A stretch of 62,908 bases of DNA, from IMG/VR virus record IMGVR_UViG_3300046724_000647, positions 1-62,908 of that record. The stretch is one strand, 5' to 3'. Below the pieces are notes generated by a model. It was not told the DNA's origin, did no database searches, and worked only from the letters and a program-made list of their open reading frames with translations. The stretch is from a virus (taxonomy: Duplodnaviria > Caudoviricetes). How positions within the stretch are numbered: position 1 is the stretch's first letter; the number at the start of each line of letters is the position of its first letter. The position numbers and the translations under genes were made by a program. Of the stretch, positions 1-8,282 are shown one piece after another.

Positions 1-127
1 CGTCCACTTCAGATACTCCCCGTGGAGAACCCACGTCGCGAACGCCGCAAACAGAATCCAGGTCCACCACGGCGTGGTTGCCAGGATATGCTTGCCGTCC
101 ATGATCGGCCGGATCCGTTGTGGTCGT
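1..127. repeat. 127-bp terminal overlap (copy 1) indicating a circular assembly
   Basis: Identical to 62782-62908; 127 is a common assembler k-mer length. Confidence 0.95.
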
Positions 128-138
128 TTCTCTTTCAT
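1..138 (-). CDS. 47-aa membrane peptide spanning the circular junction (stop at 62776-62778)
   Basis: ATG at 138 reads MKEKRPQRIRPIMDGKHILATTPWWTWILFAAFATWVLHGEYLKWTR*; ATGA overlap with the next gene at 62779. Confidence 0.7.
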   Translation of the reverse strand, partial: MKEKRPQRIRPIMDGKHILATTPWWTWILFAAFATWVLHGEYLKWT

Positions 139-146
139 ATTCTCAA

Positions 147-287
147 TTGCGCTGGCCGGACTCGAAACCGGCTAACCCTTGTACTTCGGGTTCCTGCGAC
201 CGGGGCAATATCTACCCGCATCTGGGTCCTGCCTACTTTATCGGCTCATCGACCGCAGAGAAATGTGTCCTTCCACACCGCAGCGCA
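147..287 (-). ncRNA. 141-nt tRNA-like RNA with an expanded, branched anticodon arm
   Basis: Acceptor TGCGCTG/CAGCGCA+A; D-arm GTGT-GGAAGG-ACAC; stem CTGCGGTCG/CGGTCGCAG; extra arm AACCC/GGGTT; T-arm GCCGG-TTTCGAGT-CCGGC; intergenic. Confidence 0.7.
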
Positions 288-294
288 AACTTTA

Positions 295-402
295 AAGGGT
301 CAGTCCGCTCCCCGGGCCCGTCTCCCGCCTCTCGCTGTTTTGGTGGCATCAATCCGTTGATTGCCAGAGGATGCTTCTTATTTAATGCAGCGATCGACCC
401 TT
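295..402 (-). ncRNA. putative structured RNA directly upstream of the tRNA-like element
   Basis: Nested helices AAGGGTC/GACCCTT, TCGCTG/CAGCGA and TGGCAATCAA-CGGA-TTGATGCCA in a non-coding gap. Confidence 0.4.
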
Positions 403-412
403 GTTTTCTGAC

Positions 413-655
413 TTATGCCGTCGGACAGAACGCGTCCAGTCCGGCCATGAGGGCTTTGATCGGCGCCACAATACGCGGACCAACCCCCGGGATAAAGGCG
501 AGGAATGGCAGCAGTCCTGCCAGCACCGGCTTCACCAGTTTGTAGGTTCCGCAGATGTCCACCGCGGCAGCCTTGGCGCCTTTCTTGGAAACGTGCTTCG
601 CCTCGAAGTTATCGAGTGCTTTCAGGAAGGACTTCGCATCTAACGGATTATTCAT
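413..655 (-). CDS. small amphipathic protein with two Cys
   Basis: RBS GAGGA before ATG 655; DIC...FCPTA flank a hydrophobic helical hairpin. Confidence 0.7.
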   Translation of the reverse strand: MNNPLDAKSFLKALDNFEAKHVSKKGAKAAAVDICGTYKLVKPVLAGLLPFLAFIPGVGPRIVAPIKALMAGLDAFCPTA

Positions 656-673
656 TGTTCCTCTTTTCAATTT

Positions 674-802
674 TCAACGTACGGGACCTGTATCGCGGCG
701 CATTCGGATTTCACGCACTGTCGGTGTAGGAGATTTCGCCCCTTTCGTTCCGTCAACGGCAGCGATACCGAAGCCGTCTATCGAGTGCGCCGCGAATTTC
801 AT
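674..802 (-). CDS. small hypothetical protein (42 aa)
   Basis: ATGA overlap with the stop of the ATPase gene; MKFAAHSIDG... Confidence 0.4.
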   Translation of the reverse strand: MKFAAHSIDGFGIAAVDGTKGAKSPTPTVREIRMRRDTGPVR

Positions 803-2121
803 TTCGTAATCGTCATTTCCGGATCTTCGGTCACGCGCGAGGCCAGCAACTGAGCCCCCTTCGCTTCCAACAGTTCCTGCAACTGGTCCAGACTGTCCTG
901 ATCCAGTGCTTCGGCGCCGTCCATCAGCAGCAACGGCAGCGGTCCGGCCTTCAGTAGCGCCAGGTCGACGGCAACCCGAAGCTTCTCTCGCGTGTTGACC
1001 GCATCGAACGGAATCGCTTTCCCGTCCGGAGTGTCCACGCATATATCCCCATCGTTCACCGTCACGCCTTCGATCGGAACCTGAGTCACCAGATCATTCC
1101 GGATATCCTTCAGGTCGACGTCCAGCGCCTGAGTCAGCGCCTTGCTCAAGTCGTCGGCTTCGTCGGCGTCCCGGTTCAGGTTCGCAATCAGCACACGCGT
1201 TTCGGTCGTGCGATCGAAGGATTTGATTTGCTCCTCGAGTTTCGCCACTTCGGCGCCAACCGTCAGGTTGGATTTCTGGTAGGCATCGGCCAGGTTCTGG
1301 GCCTGTTGCTTGCTGTCTGCAGCCAGCAGCGCCATTTTCGAATTGTAGTCACTGGTGAGTTCGTCCTTCGCGATGTTGAATTCCGCATTGTTGATTTCAA
1401 TTTCGGACTCGTACGTCCGCCGATTCGCATCCATCCGGGTTTTCAGGTCATTGAATCGCGTCTTGGCTTCGCTCACATCCTCGATATCGGTATTCAGTCC
1501 GGCCTTCAGTGTCGTCACCGTCTTGCGCTTCTCAGAGACGACTGCGTTCACGCCTTTGCGCTTGTCGCGAAGAATCTGATCAATCTCCGACAGTACCTTG
1601 AACGCGTGCCGGTTCAAATCGATCGCATTCTTATTCGGCAGCAGCGACAGCACGCCGGCCAGGTCTTCCTTATTCACCTTCAGCGGTACCGCGTCCAGGA
1701 ACAGCGCCAGGCGTTCGTTCTTATCCTTGGTGAGAAACTCCGTCGGGAACAAGGTGAAGTCGTTCCGGATGTTGGCCAACTGTTCCGCCGGCCGTGGCAG
1801 CGGCGCCTCCCCCGGGTAACCAATCTTGCGAGTGGTATTGTCGGCCGTCACCTTCGCCGACACCGTCAGGTACGGCGGGCCCGACCCGTCATCGAGCACG
1901 ACGACCACTTCGCCCTCCTCGGCGCCTTCCCGCAGCAATGTCGCCTTATGGCCCTTGCCCAGACACGCGCGGACGGCCTCAATCAGTGAAGTCTTTCCAA
2001 GTCCGTTCTTCCCCTTAATCAGAGTCAGCGCGCCCGGCTTGATTTCCACTTCGTCGCCTACGCCCATAATGTTGTGCACGGTCAGCAACCGGACTCGAAA
2101 CCGTTTCTTCTTCTCAGCCAT
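799..2121 (-). CDS. SMC/SbcC/RecN-like ABC ATPase with coiled coil
   Basis: Walker A GKNGLGKT, central coiled coil, Walker B LLLMDGAE; start MAEKKK after GAGGA. Confidence 0.85.
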   Translation of the reverse strand: MAEKKKRFRVRLLTVHNIMGVGDEVEIKPGALTLIKGKNGLGKTSLIEAVRACLGKGHKATLLREGAEEGEVVVVLDDGSGPPYLTVSAKVTADNTTRKIGYPGEAPLPRPAEQLANIRNDFTLFPTEFLTKDKNERLALFLDAVPLKVNKEDLAGVLSLLPNKNAIDLNRHAFKVLSEIDQILRDKRKGVNAVVSEKRKTVTTLKAGLNTDIEDVSEAKTRFNDLKTRMDANRRTYESEIEINNAEFNIAKDELTSDYNSKMALLAADSKQQAQNLADAYQKSNLTVGAEVAKLEEQIKSFDRTTETRVLIANLNRDADEADDLSKALTQALDVDLKDIRNDLVTQVPIEGVTVNDGDICVDTPDGKAIPFDAVNTREKLRVAVDLALLKAGPLPLLLMDGAEALDQDSLDQLQELLEAKGAQLLASRVTEDPEMTITK

Positions 2122-3331
2122 TGGATTCCTCCTTACCACCAGCGTCGGTCCAGGCCTTGGCGCGCGCAAAACTCTTCTGCGACAACTTGCTGGCCATCTT
2201 CACGTCGAACGTTTTTCTTGCCCAGGTGATCCAGATGTTCGGATCGATTTTCATCTCCTCACGCTTCCTGGTGAGATATTCCTTCTGGGCCTCGGTGTAC
2301 AGCGCCTCCGGATCGGTCATGTCCAGAGGATCATCGGAAGCCTTCTCGTCGTTCTTATCACCACCCAACTGAGTGGTAGTCGTCTCGGGTTTCGGTTCCT
2401 CTTTGACAGGTTCCGGCGCCTTCGTCTCAGTTTTCGCGGCTTTCGTTTCTTTCTTTGGCTCTGCCTTCGGCTTCCCCGTCGCGCCGGCCATATTCTCGTT
2501 ACCGTGGCCTCGGTTCTCTTCCTTCCCGGCCTTGATCGCGTTCATGTCGACGACGGCCTTTTCCACCACCACCGGCGGGAAGATGTCGTCCACCTTCTCG
2601 GATCCAGAATGGATCGCGGTACCGAAACCAATCAGCACGGCCAGTTCACCGACACCAATATCCTCGATCGCGGCCTTCCCAATACGGGACAGGATCCGAT
2701 CCGGCATGGCGCCCATCTTCACCAGCTTGTCGAACACTTCCGCCCGGCGTGCGGCCATGGTGGACGCCTCACCGACAGCCACCTTTTTGGCGGCCTCGTA
2801 GATCATGTTGACGTAGGTTCTGGGAATGATTCGGAACGCGGCATCCCGCAGCGCAATCGATGCGGCAGCATTGCCGGTCATCGTGATCATGTCATCGTTG
2901 AACCGATTACCCTTTTTATCGGTAATCTTCCGCCGTTTCTCGATCGTGATCCGGTTGTTTTTCTCCAGATCCCAGCAGACACCCTGCGAAATAACTTCCT
3001 TATCTTCGGCACCGACCACACGCGCGCCCACATGCAGATTCCCGTATGCGCTAATGCAGATTTCGGCCAGACGGATCGACGGACCCTCAATCACCTTGCC
3101 ACCACGTGGTAAGGCAAACATGCAACTGCCGGCAATTTCCTTGTTGAACGTCGCCAGGGTCATGGCGTCATTCATGAACTTCTTGATTTCACGCGGGTAC
3201 CGGTGTGCTGCGTCCAACTGGGCTTCCACTTCGCTCTTGGCCAACTGGCCGGCGACTCCACCGGCGACTATGACGGCAACTTTATCCGCCTGTTCTGAGG
3301 ATTGTTCGTCTTCGTACGGATTTGCGGACAT
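2114..3331 (-). CDS. putative recombination/single-strand annealing protein
   Basis: Lies between a nuclease and an SMC-like ATPase; globular core (AHRYPR...EGPSIRLAE) plus low-complexity linker; RBS AGGAG. Confidence 0.55.
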   Translation of the reverse strand: MSANPYEDEQSSEQADKVAVIVAGGVAGQLAKSEVEAQLDAAHRYPREIKKFMNDAMTLATFNKEIAGSCMFALPRGGKVIEGPSIRLAEICISAYGNLHVGARVVGAEDKEVISQGVCWDLEKNNRITIEKRRKITDKKGNRFNDDMITMTGNAAASIALRDAAFRIIPRTYVNMIYEAAKKVAVGEASTMAARRAEVFDKLVKMGAMPDRILSRIGKAAIEDIGVGELAVLIGFGTAIHSGSEKVDDIFPPVVVEKAVVDMNAIKAGKEENRGHGNENMAGATGKPKAEPKKETKAAKTETKAPEPVKEEPKPETTTTQLGGDKNDEKASDDPLDMTDPEALYTEAQKEYLTRKREEMKIDPNIWITWARKTFDVKMASKLSQKSFARAKAWTDAGGKEESNG

Positions 3332-3335
3332 GAAA

Positions 3336-4205
3336 CTATTCTCCTTCTGGCTCTGCCAGTGACATTCGGAAGTAAGGACAGGTTGGAGCAAATTCACAAT
3401 ACGTCGTCGAGCACCACCAGTCGCGACCTTGGTTGGCCGGCGCGAATGCGCCTTTCTCCAGTATCGTTTTCGCGTTCTCGATTCGACGCATCAACACTTC
3501 AAAGTCCGATTTGTTGCGGGTGGACGTGAGTCGATCGGCGACTCTCACTCCGCCCTTCAGGTCGACGATGTAGTCCAGGTGCACCTTCACCGGTAACGGC
3601 GTCTTGTCGATGATGGCTTTCGAAAAGGCGTACGTCGTCAACTGATCGCTCACGACGGCTGCGTTCTTATTCGGCGATCGCTTCGACGTCTTCAGGTCGG
3701 ACATGGAATCGTCGGTCTCGTCCAGGTCTCGGGTGCCGACCAGATCAAATGGCATCCCGGGAATCTCCAGCGACCACTTGGCCTGAACCCGCTTCGGTTT
3801 CAATCGGGGCGCCAGTACGGCCGCATGAGCCCGGGCCAGGCGGACAGTCTTGTCCACCACCTTGGCTTTGCTGGCCTTCTCGCCGATAAGCTTGTCTTCG
3901 GGCTGCAACTGGAGTCCCTCTTCCTCCATGCTGGCCACAGCGTTATCCCGGGCCTCGTCCACCACCTGATCCACCGGCAGGAGCACATCCTTGTCGATTT
4001 TATTCTGTAGGTTGATATTGGCGCCGTGGTCGACGGCCTTGCCGACGTGCACGTAGCTGGGCGCCACACCGCGGTCGTTGAGGATGTAGCGCCGTTCGAA
4101 CGCCACACCGCACGCCCAGAGTTTTTCTAAGGCGGAGAAATGCAACTGGGGTTTCTTGGCGGTAGGAGTTTGTTCGGTGTTGGATTGTGCGGCTTCATCG
4201 CTCAT
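3336..4205 (-). CDS. PD-(D/E)XK Cas4/RecB-like exonuclease
   Basis: N-terminal HFSALEKLWAC, GTRDL...DLKTS, C-terminal CxxxxCxxxxxC. Confidence 0.85.
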   Translation of the reverse strand: MSDEAAQSNTEQTPTAKKPQLHFSALEKLWACGVAFERRYILNDRGVAPSYVHVGKAVDHGANINLQNKIDKDVLLPVDQVVDEARDNAVASMEEEGLQLQPEDKLIGEKASKAKVVDKTVRLARAHAAVLAPRLKPKRVQAKWSLEIPGMPFDLVGTRDLDETDDSMSDLKTSKRSPNKNAAVVSDQLTTYAFSKAIIDKTPLPVKVHLDYIVDLKGGVRVADRLTSTRNKSDFEVLMRRIENAKTILEKGAFAPANQGRDWWCSTTYCEFAPTCPYFRMSLAEPEGE

Positions 4206-4351
4206 CGAAGCACCACCGTTCCGTCTTCCTTGTCGACGACGGACGCAATCTCTATGACGTTCTCATCGCCGTCCTCGTCGGTGACAATGAAGAAAACGTC
4301 GGACCTGTCGGGCATATGTTTCAGCAGTTTGATAAGGTCAATGACTTTCAA
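4202..4351 (-). CDS. small hypothetical protein (49 aa)
   Basis: TTG start overlapping the upstream stop; MKVIDLIKLLKHMPD...; ATGA overlap downstream. Confidence 0.65.
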   Translation of the reverse strand: MKVIDLIKLLKHMPDRSDVFFIVTDEDGDENVIEIASVVDKEDGTVVLR

Positions 4352-4599
4352 TTGGGCTCCTCGGTTCCTTCCTGTCTCTTCTGGTTCTGACGTCGCAAGG
4401 CTTCACGGATGTATTCATCCAGTTCTTTTCCCCACCGTTTGAAAGCCAGCCAGACGTCTGGATCCAGGGCGACTGTGTTCGTCGTCGAAATCCCATCCTC
4501 TGTCGTCAACAGAATGTAGTACCCGTCGAATTCCACGTAGGCACCATCGCCCAGATATCGCTTCTCCGGCGAAGAAATCGGTTTGTCGTACTCGCTCAT
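4348..4599 (-). CDS. hypothetical phage protein
   Basis: KRYLGDGAYVEFDG motif; first gene after a leftward promoter. Confidence 0.75.
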   Translation of the reverse strand: MSEYDKPISSPEKRYLGDGAYVEFDGYYILLTTEDGISTTNTVALDPDVWLAFKRWGKELDEYIREALRRQNQKRQEGTEEPN

Positions 4600-4607
4600 G
4601 GTGCACG

Positions 4608-4682
4608 AAAGGTACTCGGAACAGGAAAAAGCGTCAAGCACAAAGTTTGCGTGGACGCGAATGCACAATTTGTGTACCATGA
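4608..4682. promoter_or_regulatory. divergent sigma70-like promoters with imperfect palindromic operators
   Basis: Minus strand TTGACG-N17-TACCTT; plus strand -10 TACCAT at 4675-4680; palindromes GCACAAAGTTTGC and TGCACAATTTGTGTA. Confidence 0.55.
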
Positions 4683-4689
4683 CCGCGCG

Positions 4690-4890
4690 ATGGAACAACT
4701 ATCACCGATCGTCAAAACAATCAAAGCGGAGATGGGACGTCAGGAAGTCAGCGTCCAGCAGTTGGCCCATCACGTCAATATCTCCGCCTCCACCCTGTAC
4801 CGGGCTTTCAACGGCGAATTCAAACTGAACCTGGAAGTCATCGAAAACCTTCTGGCGGCCCTCGGACTCAAGATTGTGGTCAAGCGATGA
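4690..4890 (+). CDS. XRE-family HTH regulator (Cro/repressor-like)
   Basis: SVQQLAHHVNISASTLYRAFNG helix-turn-helix. Confidence 0.85.
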   Translation: MEQLSPIVKTIKAEMGRQEVSVQQLAHHVNISASTLYRAFNGEFKLNLEVIENLLAALGLKIVVKR

Positions 4891-4898
4891 AATCGTTA

Positions 4899-4927
4899 TT
4901 GACAGACTCAGGTGAGGGGTAGAGAAT
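4899..4927 (+). promoter_or_regulatory. sigma70-like promoter for the replication block
   Basis: TTGACA (4899-4904)-N17-GAGAAT (4922-4927). Confidence 0.55.
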
Positions 4928-5040
4928 CCGTCACGCTGGCGGGCTGCTTGCGGATTGGCCTCCGTGAGTAAAGTCCACCGTCACCCGGACATTCAGGTCC
5001 GCCAGCCTTTCCACTTTCGGGGTGTCGGAGGGGTGACAGG
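4928..5040 (+). ncRNA. C4/CI-like structured leader RNA before the initiator
   Basis: Stem GCTGGCGGGCTG/CAGGTCCGCCAGC; internal CCTCCG and GTCACCC complementary to CGGAGGGGTGAC over the initiator RBS. Confidence 0.55.
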
Positions 5041-5042
5041 CT

Positions 5043-5813
5043 TTGAACAGGGATATCGATTGGGCCATTAAGCAAGACGCGCCGGCTTCCTGTAAGCATG
5101 TCCTTCTCGTCCTGGCCAACCGCTCTGATAAAAACCATCAATGCTTCCCTTCCCTCACTAGTATTTCAGCCGATACGGGGCTTGACCGGTCCACAGTGAC
5201 TAGGTGCATCATGCAACTACTAGGACTGAAATTACTGGCTCGGACCAAACGTGGAATCGATTCAAATCTTTACACCTTACCGGTAGTTGCACCACGCCAC
5301 CAAAGGCAGGTGCAGGATGCAACCACCACCACTCCGGAGGTAGTTGCACCACACAACATAGGTAGTTGCACCACGCCACCACCGGTAGTTGCACCACGCG
5401 CCACGGAACCCCCAATTGAACCCAAAGTGAACCCAAAGGGGAAGGCAGTCGACCGAAAAACCAAAGCGCCGGAGTCTATCGAAATCACTCAGAATCATCG
5501 CACCTGGGCACGGGAGAATGACATCACTTCAGACCTATCCTTGGAGACTTCAAAAATGCTGGATCACTTCAAGGGAAACGGCGAAAAGAAAGTCGACTGG
5601 GAAGCTACATGGCGAAACTGGATGAGAAATTCCATGAAATTCAACCGGAACGGAGGAAACGGAAATGGCCACGGAGGAAACAGGCAAGATCAAAACGCAG
5701 AAGCAGCGAGAGCAGTTTGGGCTAATTTGCATCCTGAAGATAGCGTCAGCAATGAACGTGGTACTCCCCGCGTCGTCTCAGGCGACCTATTTGGAGCACC
5801 TAATAAGTCTTGA
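5043..5813 (+). CDS. replication initiator, N-terminal winged HTH
   Basis: CFPSLTSISADTGLDRSTVTRC; C-terminal DWEATWRNW; internal iterons; TTG start. Confidence 0.85.
   Translation: MNRDIDWAIKQDAPASCKHVLLVLANRSDKNHQCFPSLTSISADTGLDRSTVTRCIMQLLGLKLLARTKRGIDSNLYTLPVVAPRHQRQVQDATTTTPEVVAPHNIGSCTTPPPVVAPRATEPPIEPKVNPKGKAVDRKTKAPESIEITQNHRTWARENDITSDLSLETSKMLDHFKGNGEKKVDWEATWRNWMRNSMKFNRNGGNGNGHGGNRQDQNAEAARAVWANLHPEDSVSNERGTPRVVSGDLFGAPNKS
5212..5397. repeat. iterons, probable replication origin inside the initiator gene
   Basis: GGTAGTTGCACCAC at 5282, 5339, 5361 and 5384, plus inverted TGCAACTAC at 5212; lambda O-like arrangement. Confidence 0.8.
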
Positions 5814-6261
5814 ACCGGAGGCGCTGGAGAAGGCCACGAGGAAAACAATCTTGGAGTGGGACCGGCCGAGTATGATGCCGCCGATTGCGTTCATCATGGC
5901 CCGATCTGGAGCGAGTTCACAACTGGCAGCCGAGCAAGCCTGGGACTGGACGAAGAACTACATCCGCCGTCACTGGCATATCGACATTGGTCACTTTCAA
6001 GGCGCGCCGGCGATTCCCGCAGCAACGGATTATGCAATACGGCAAGTCGGGGGATTGGGACGAATTGCGTATCCAGGAGAACGGGATATTGATTTTATCC
6101 GCCGTGGTTTCCTGGAGGCCCATCAGCGTTTTGAGGCCGAAGGAGGAGAGCAGACTAGACTTAGTCACGCCGATGCGAAACGGATACTCGGATCGTTACG
6201 TGTCGCGCTGGATTCCGGACAGGACTTTTTGCCAGTACCGACCGAAAAAACAGGAGAGTAG
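5665..6261 (+). CDS. putative helicase loader/replication accessory protein
   Basis: Directly follows and overlaps the initiator; MMPPIAFI, AEQAW, AIRQVGG motifs; start uncertain. Confidence 0.55.
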   Translation: MATEETGKIKTQKQREQFGLICILKIASAMNVVLPASSQATYLEHLISLEPEALEKATRKTILEWDRPSMMPPIAFIMARSGASSQLAAEQAWDWTKNYIRRHWHIDIGHFQGAPAIPAATDYAIRQVGGLGRIAYPGERDIDFIRRGFLEAHQRFEAEGGEQTRLSHADAKRILGSLRVALDSGQDFLPVPTEKTGE

Positions 6262-6264
6262 ACC

Positions 6265-6702
6265 GTGAGTTTGTATCAGGAAAAACTGAAGGATCCGCGT
6301 TGGCTGGAGAAGCGAATCAGGATCCTGATTAGAGACGGATCCGTATGCCAATACTGCCTTGCCGTTGAACGGAACGGTCCGGACGGGTTGAACATGGAAG
6401 TCCATCATTTCGAGTATTCGACGTTCAGTATGAATCCTTGGGACGTTCCTGACTCGGACCTAATCACACTCTGTTCGGATTGCCATGATAGCGTGATGAA
6501 AGCAGGTCACCGAGACGCCAAAATAACAGGAGCCCGGGAACGCCTTCGTATGAAACGCCGCGGGGAATTGCGCGCCGAACCACATCCGGAAGTAGAAGCC
6601 TTTGATGCCCTTCAGGTGATACGCGAAAACGACCATGAACATCAGGTGTATTTAGCCGCTGGATGCAACTGCATCGATTGCCGAGAGGAAGCGAAACTAT
6701 GA
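6265..6702 (+). CDS. HNH endonuclease
   Basis: LKDPRW...RDGSVCQYC...EVHH...LITLCSDCH. Confidence 0.85.
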   Translation: MSLYQEKLKDPRWLEKRIRILIRDGSVCQYCLAVERNGPDGLNMEVHHFEYSTFSMNPWDVPDSDLITLCSDCHDSVMKAGHRDAKITGARERLRMKRRGELRAEPHPEVEAFDALQVIRENDHEHQVYLAAGCNCIDCREEAKL

Positions 6703-7325
6703 ACGTCCTCGGAATTGATTTGAGCATTCGCGCGACCGGACTGGCGATGCTCTGCTTTGACGACACCCGCGACAGTCTGGGCGGGTTCGAATTGCCCGGC
6801 CGGAAATACGACTGTCTGGACATGGACAAGTATCGCTATCACGGCGCCCTGGCCGTACGCCACTCCATCACGCAACTGGATCGCTGGGACGACATCCTAC
6901 TTCCGGTCCTGTACTGGGCTCAACACGCTCACCACGTCGTAATGGAATCGTATTCTCACGGCTCTGTGAGTTCGAGCATGGACGTCGTGCACGAACTGGG
7001 CGGCATTGTGAAATACAACCTGGCAAAAACCGGATTTCCGAAGATCACGCCGATCGCGCCGGCATCGGTTAAGAAATTTGTGACTGGCAATGGACGGGCG
7101 GATAAGTTCATGATGCTCACGGCCGTTCAGAAAATGGGTTTGCCGATCACGGATCACAACATGGCCGACGCGTTTGGCCTCGCGCTATTCGGTCATGCGC
7201 TGCAGCAGTGGGATCGCGACAACGAGCACTATCCCATCGCAATGCAAGACGCGATTTTTGCCGTGAAGTATCCGGAGACGAAGGCCCGGCCAGTGAAGGA
7301 AACGAAACTATGGGAAGCCGTATAG
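6699..7325 (+). CDS. RuvC-like Holliday junction resolvase
   Basis: VLGIDLSIRATG, VVMES, VKKFVTGNGRADK, HNMADA. Confidence 0.85.
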   Translation: MNVLGIDLSIRATGLAMLCFDDTRDSLGGFELPGRKYDCLDMDKYRYHGALAVRHSITQLDRWDDILLPVLYWAQHAHHVVMESYSHGSVSSSMDVVHELGGIVKYNLAKTGFPKITPIAPASVKKFVTGNGRADKFMMLTAVQKMGLPITDHNMADAFGLALFGHALQQWDRDNEHYPIAMQDAIFAVKYPETKARPVKETKLWEAV

Positions 7326-7328
7326 CCG

Positions 7329-7589
7329 ATGGGTCGGAAAGTAACCAGCATTCCGCATTTCACCACCACGCAGTGGAGGAACCTGGCCGACGAACTGGAC
7401 AAGGCCCAGGCGCAATATCCGAAGTTCCTGACGTTCCAGGCTGCATCGAGCATTTGCAAAATCCTGGCTGGCATGGAAGAAACCAAAGTCCTCGCAGCCC
7501 GGCTGAAGCTTGAAGTGGTACCACGGCAGATCACAAAATTCTACCGCAGAAAAGGTTTGGTCAATCGGAAGAGAAAGGGAAAGACATGA
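7329..7589 (+). CDS. hypothetical basic protein
   Basis: Operon-packed ORF with ATGA overlap downstream. Confidence 0.6.
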   Translation: MGRKVTSIPHFTTTQWRNLADELDKAQAQYPKFLTFQAASSICKILAGMEETKVLAARLKLEVVPRQITKFYRRKGLVNRKRKGKT

Positions 7590-8278
7590 TACGAAACTGG
7601 AAAAATTGGATGATCACCATGGGCCTGTTGCTGTTCATGGGACTGTTCGGCCGCTTTGCCATGGCCCAGACGACTGTAACCGGATCGGTCACACTCTCGG
7701 CTTCAGCAAGCGACGTCACGCCGGCCGCTGGCGATGTCGAGTGTGGTGTGGCCTACGTCCAGTTCGTATTGGACGGCAAGCCGATCGGGGCGCTGGTGTT
7801 CCCGAATGGAACAAATAATTTCACCATGGTCTGGGATTCCACCACCACCACCAACGGCGGCCATACGCTGACGGCGACGGCGGCCGATCGGGCAGGTTCG
7901 AACGTTCCCCCGCATACAGTCTGTGATGGGTCGATGCCCAATATCGGAACTTCGAATTCGGTGCTCATTACCGTTTTGAACAATCCACCGCTGGACACGA
8001 CTCCGCCCACGATCACGATCAATCCACCGGTTGCCGGGCTCCTGATTACAACCAAGACGCAACTGATCCAGGTTGCGGCCTTTGACCCTTCCGGCATTGG
8101 ACAAATCTCGATACGGATCAACGGAACACTGAAGGCCCAGATCAACAATCAGCAGCTTCTGAAATTCCAGTGGAACACGAGCCCATACAAGGGACAGACG
8201 GTCAAGATCGATGCCTACGCCAGTGACAAAGTTGGAAACGCCGGCGGAACTGGTTTGGTCGTCGCCGTTCAACGATAG
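7586..8278 (+). CDS. exported protein with two bacterial Ig-like (Big_7-type) domains
   Basis: Signal peptide ending AMA-Q; VQFVLDG...WDSTTTTNGGHTLTATAAD and WNTSPYKGQTVKIDAYASDKVGN. Confidence 0.8.
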   Translation: MIRNWKNWMITMGLLLFMGLFGRFAMAQTTVTGSVTLSASASDVTPAAGDVECGVAYVQFVLDGKPIGALVFPNGTNNFTMVWDSTTTTNGGHTLTATAADRAGSNVPPHTVCDGSMPNIGTSNSVLITVLNNPPLDTTPPTITINPPVAGLLITTKTQLIQVAAFDPSGIGQISIRINGTLKAQINNQQLLKFQWNTSPYKGQTVKIDAYASDKVGNAGGTGLVVAVQR

Positions 8279-8282
8279 CGTC

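Noticed and set aside
200-400. Hammerhead, twister or pistol ribozyme (GATGAG, TAATGCAGC, ATTAAATA submotifs)
   Set aside because: Isolated submotifs only; the required partner strands and cores are missing.
1826-3112. Long plus-strand ORF (also 1228-1989, 26801-27727, 47233-48183, 48180-49613, 51258-52424)
   Set aside because: Antisense shadows of well-supported genes, expected with GC-rich third positions; no RBS or motifs.
5282-5397. CRISPR-like repeat array
   Set aside because: 14-bp repeats with short, uneven gaps inside an initiator gene fit iterons; no cas operon is present.
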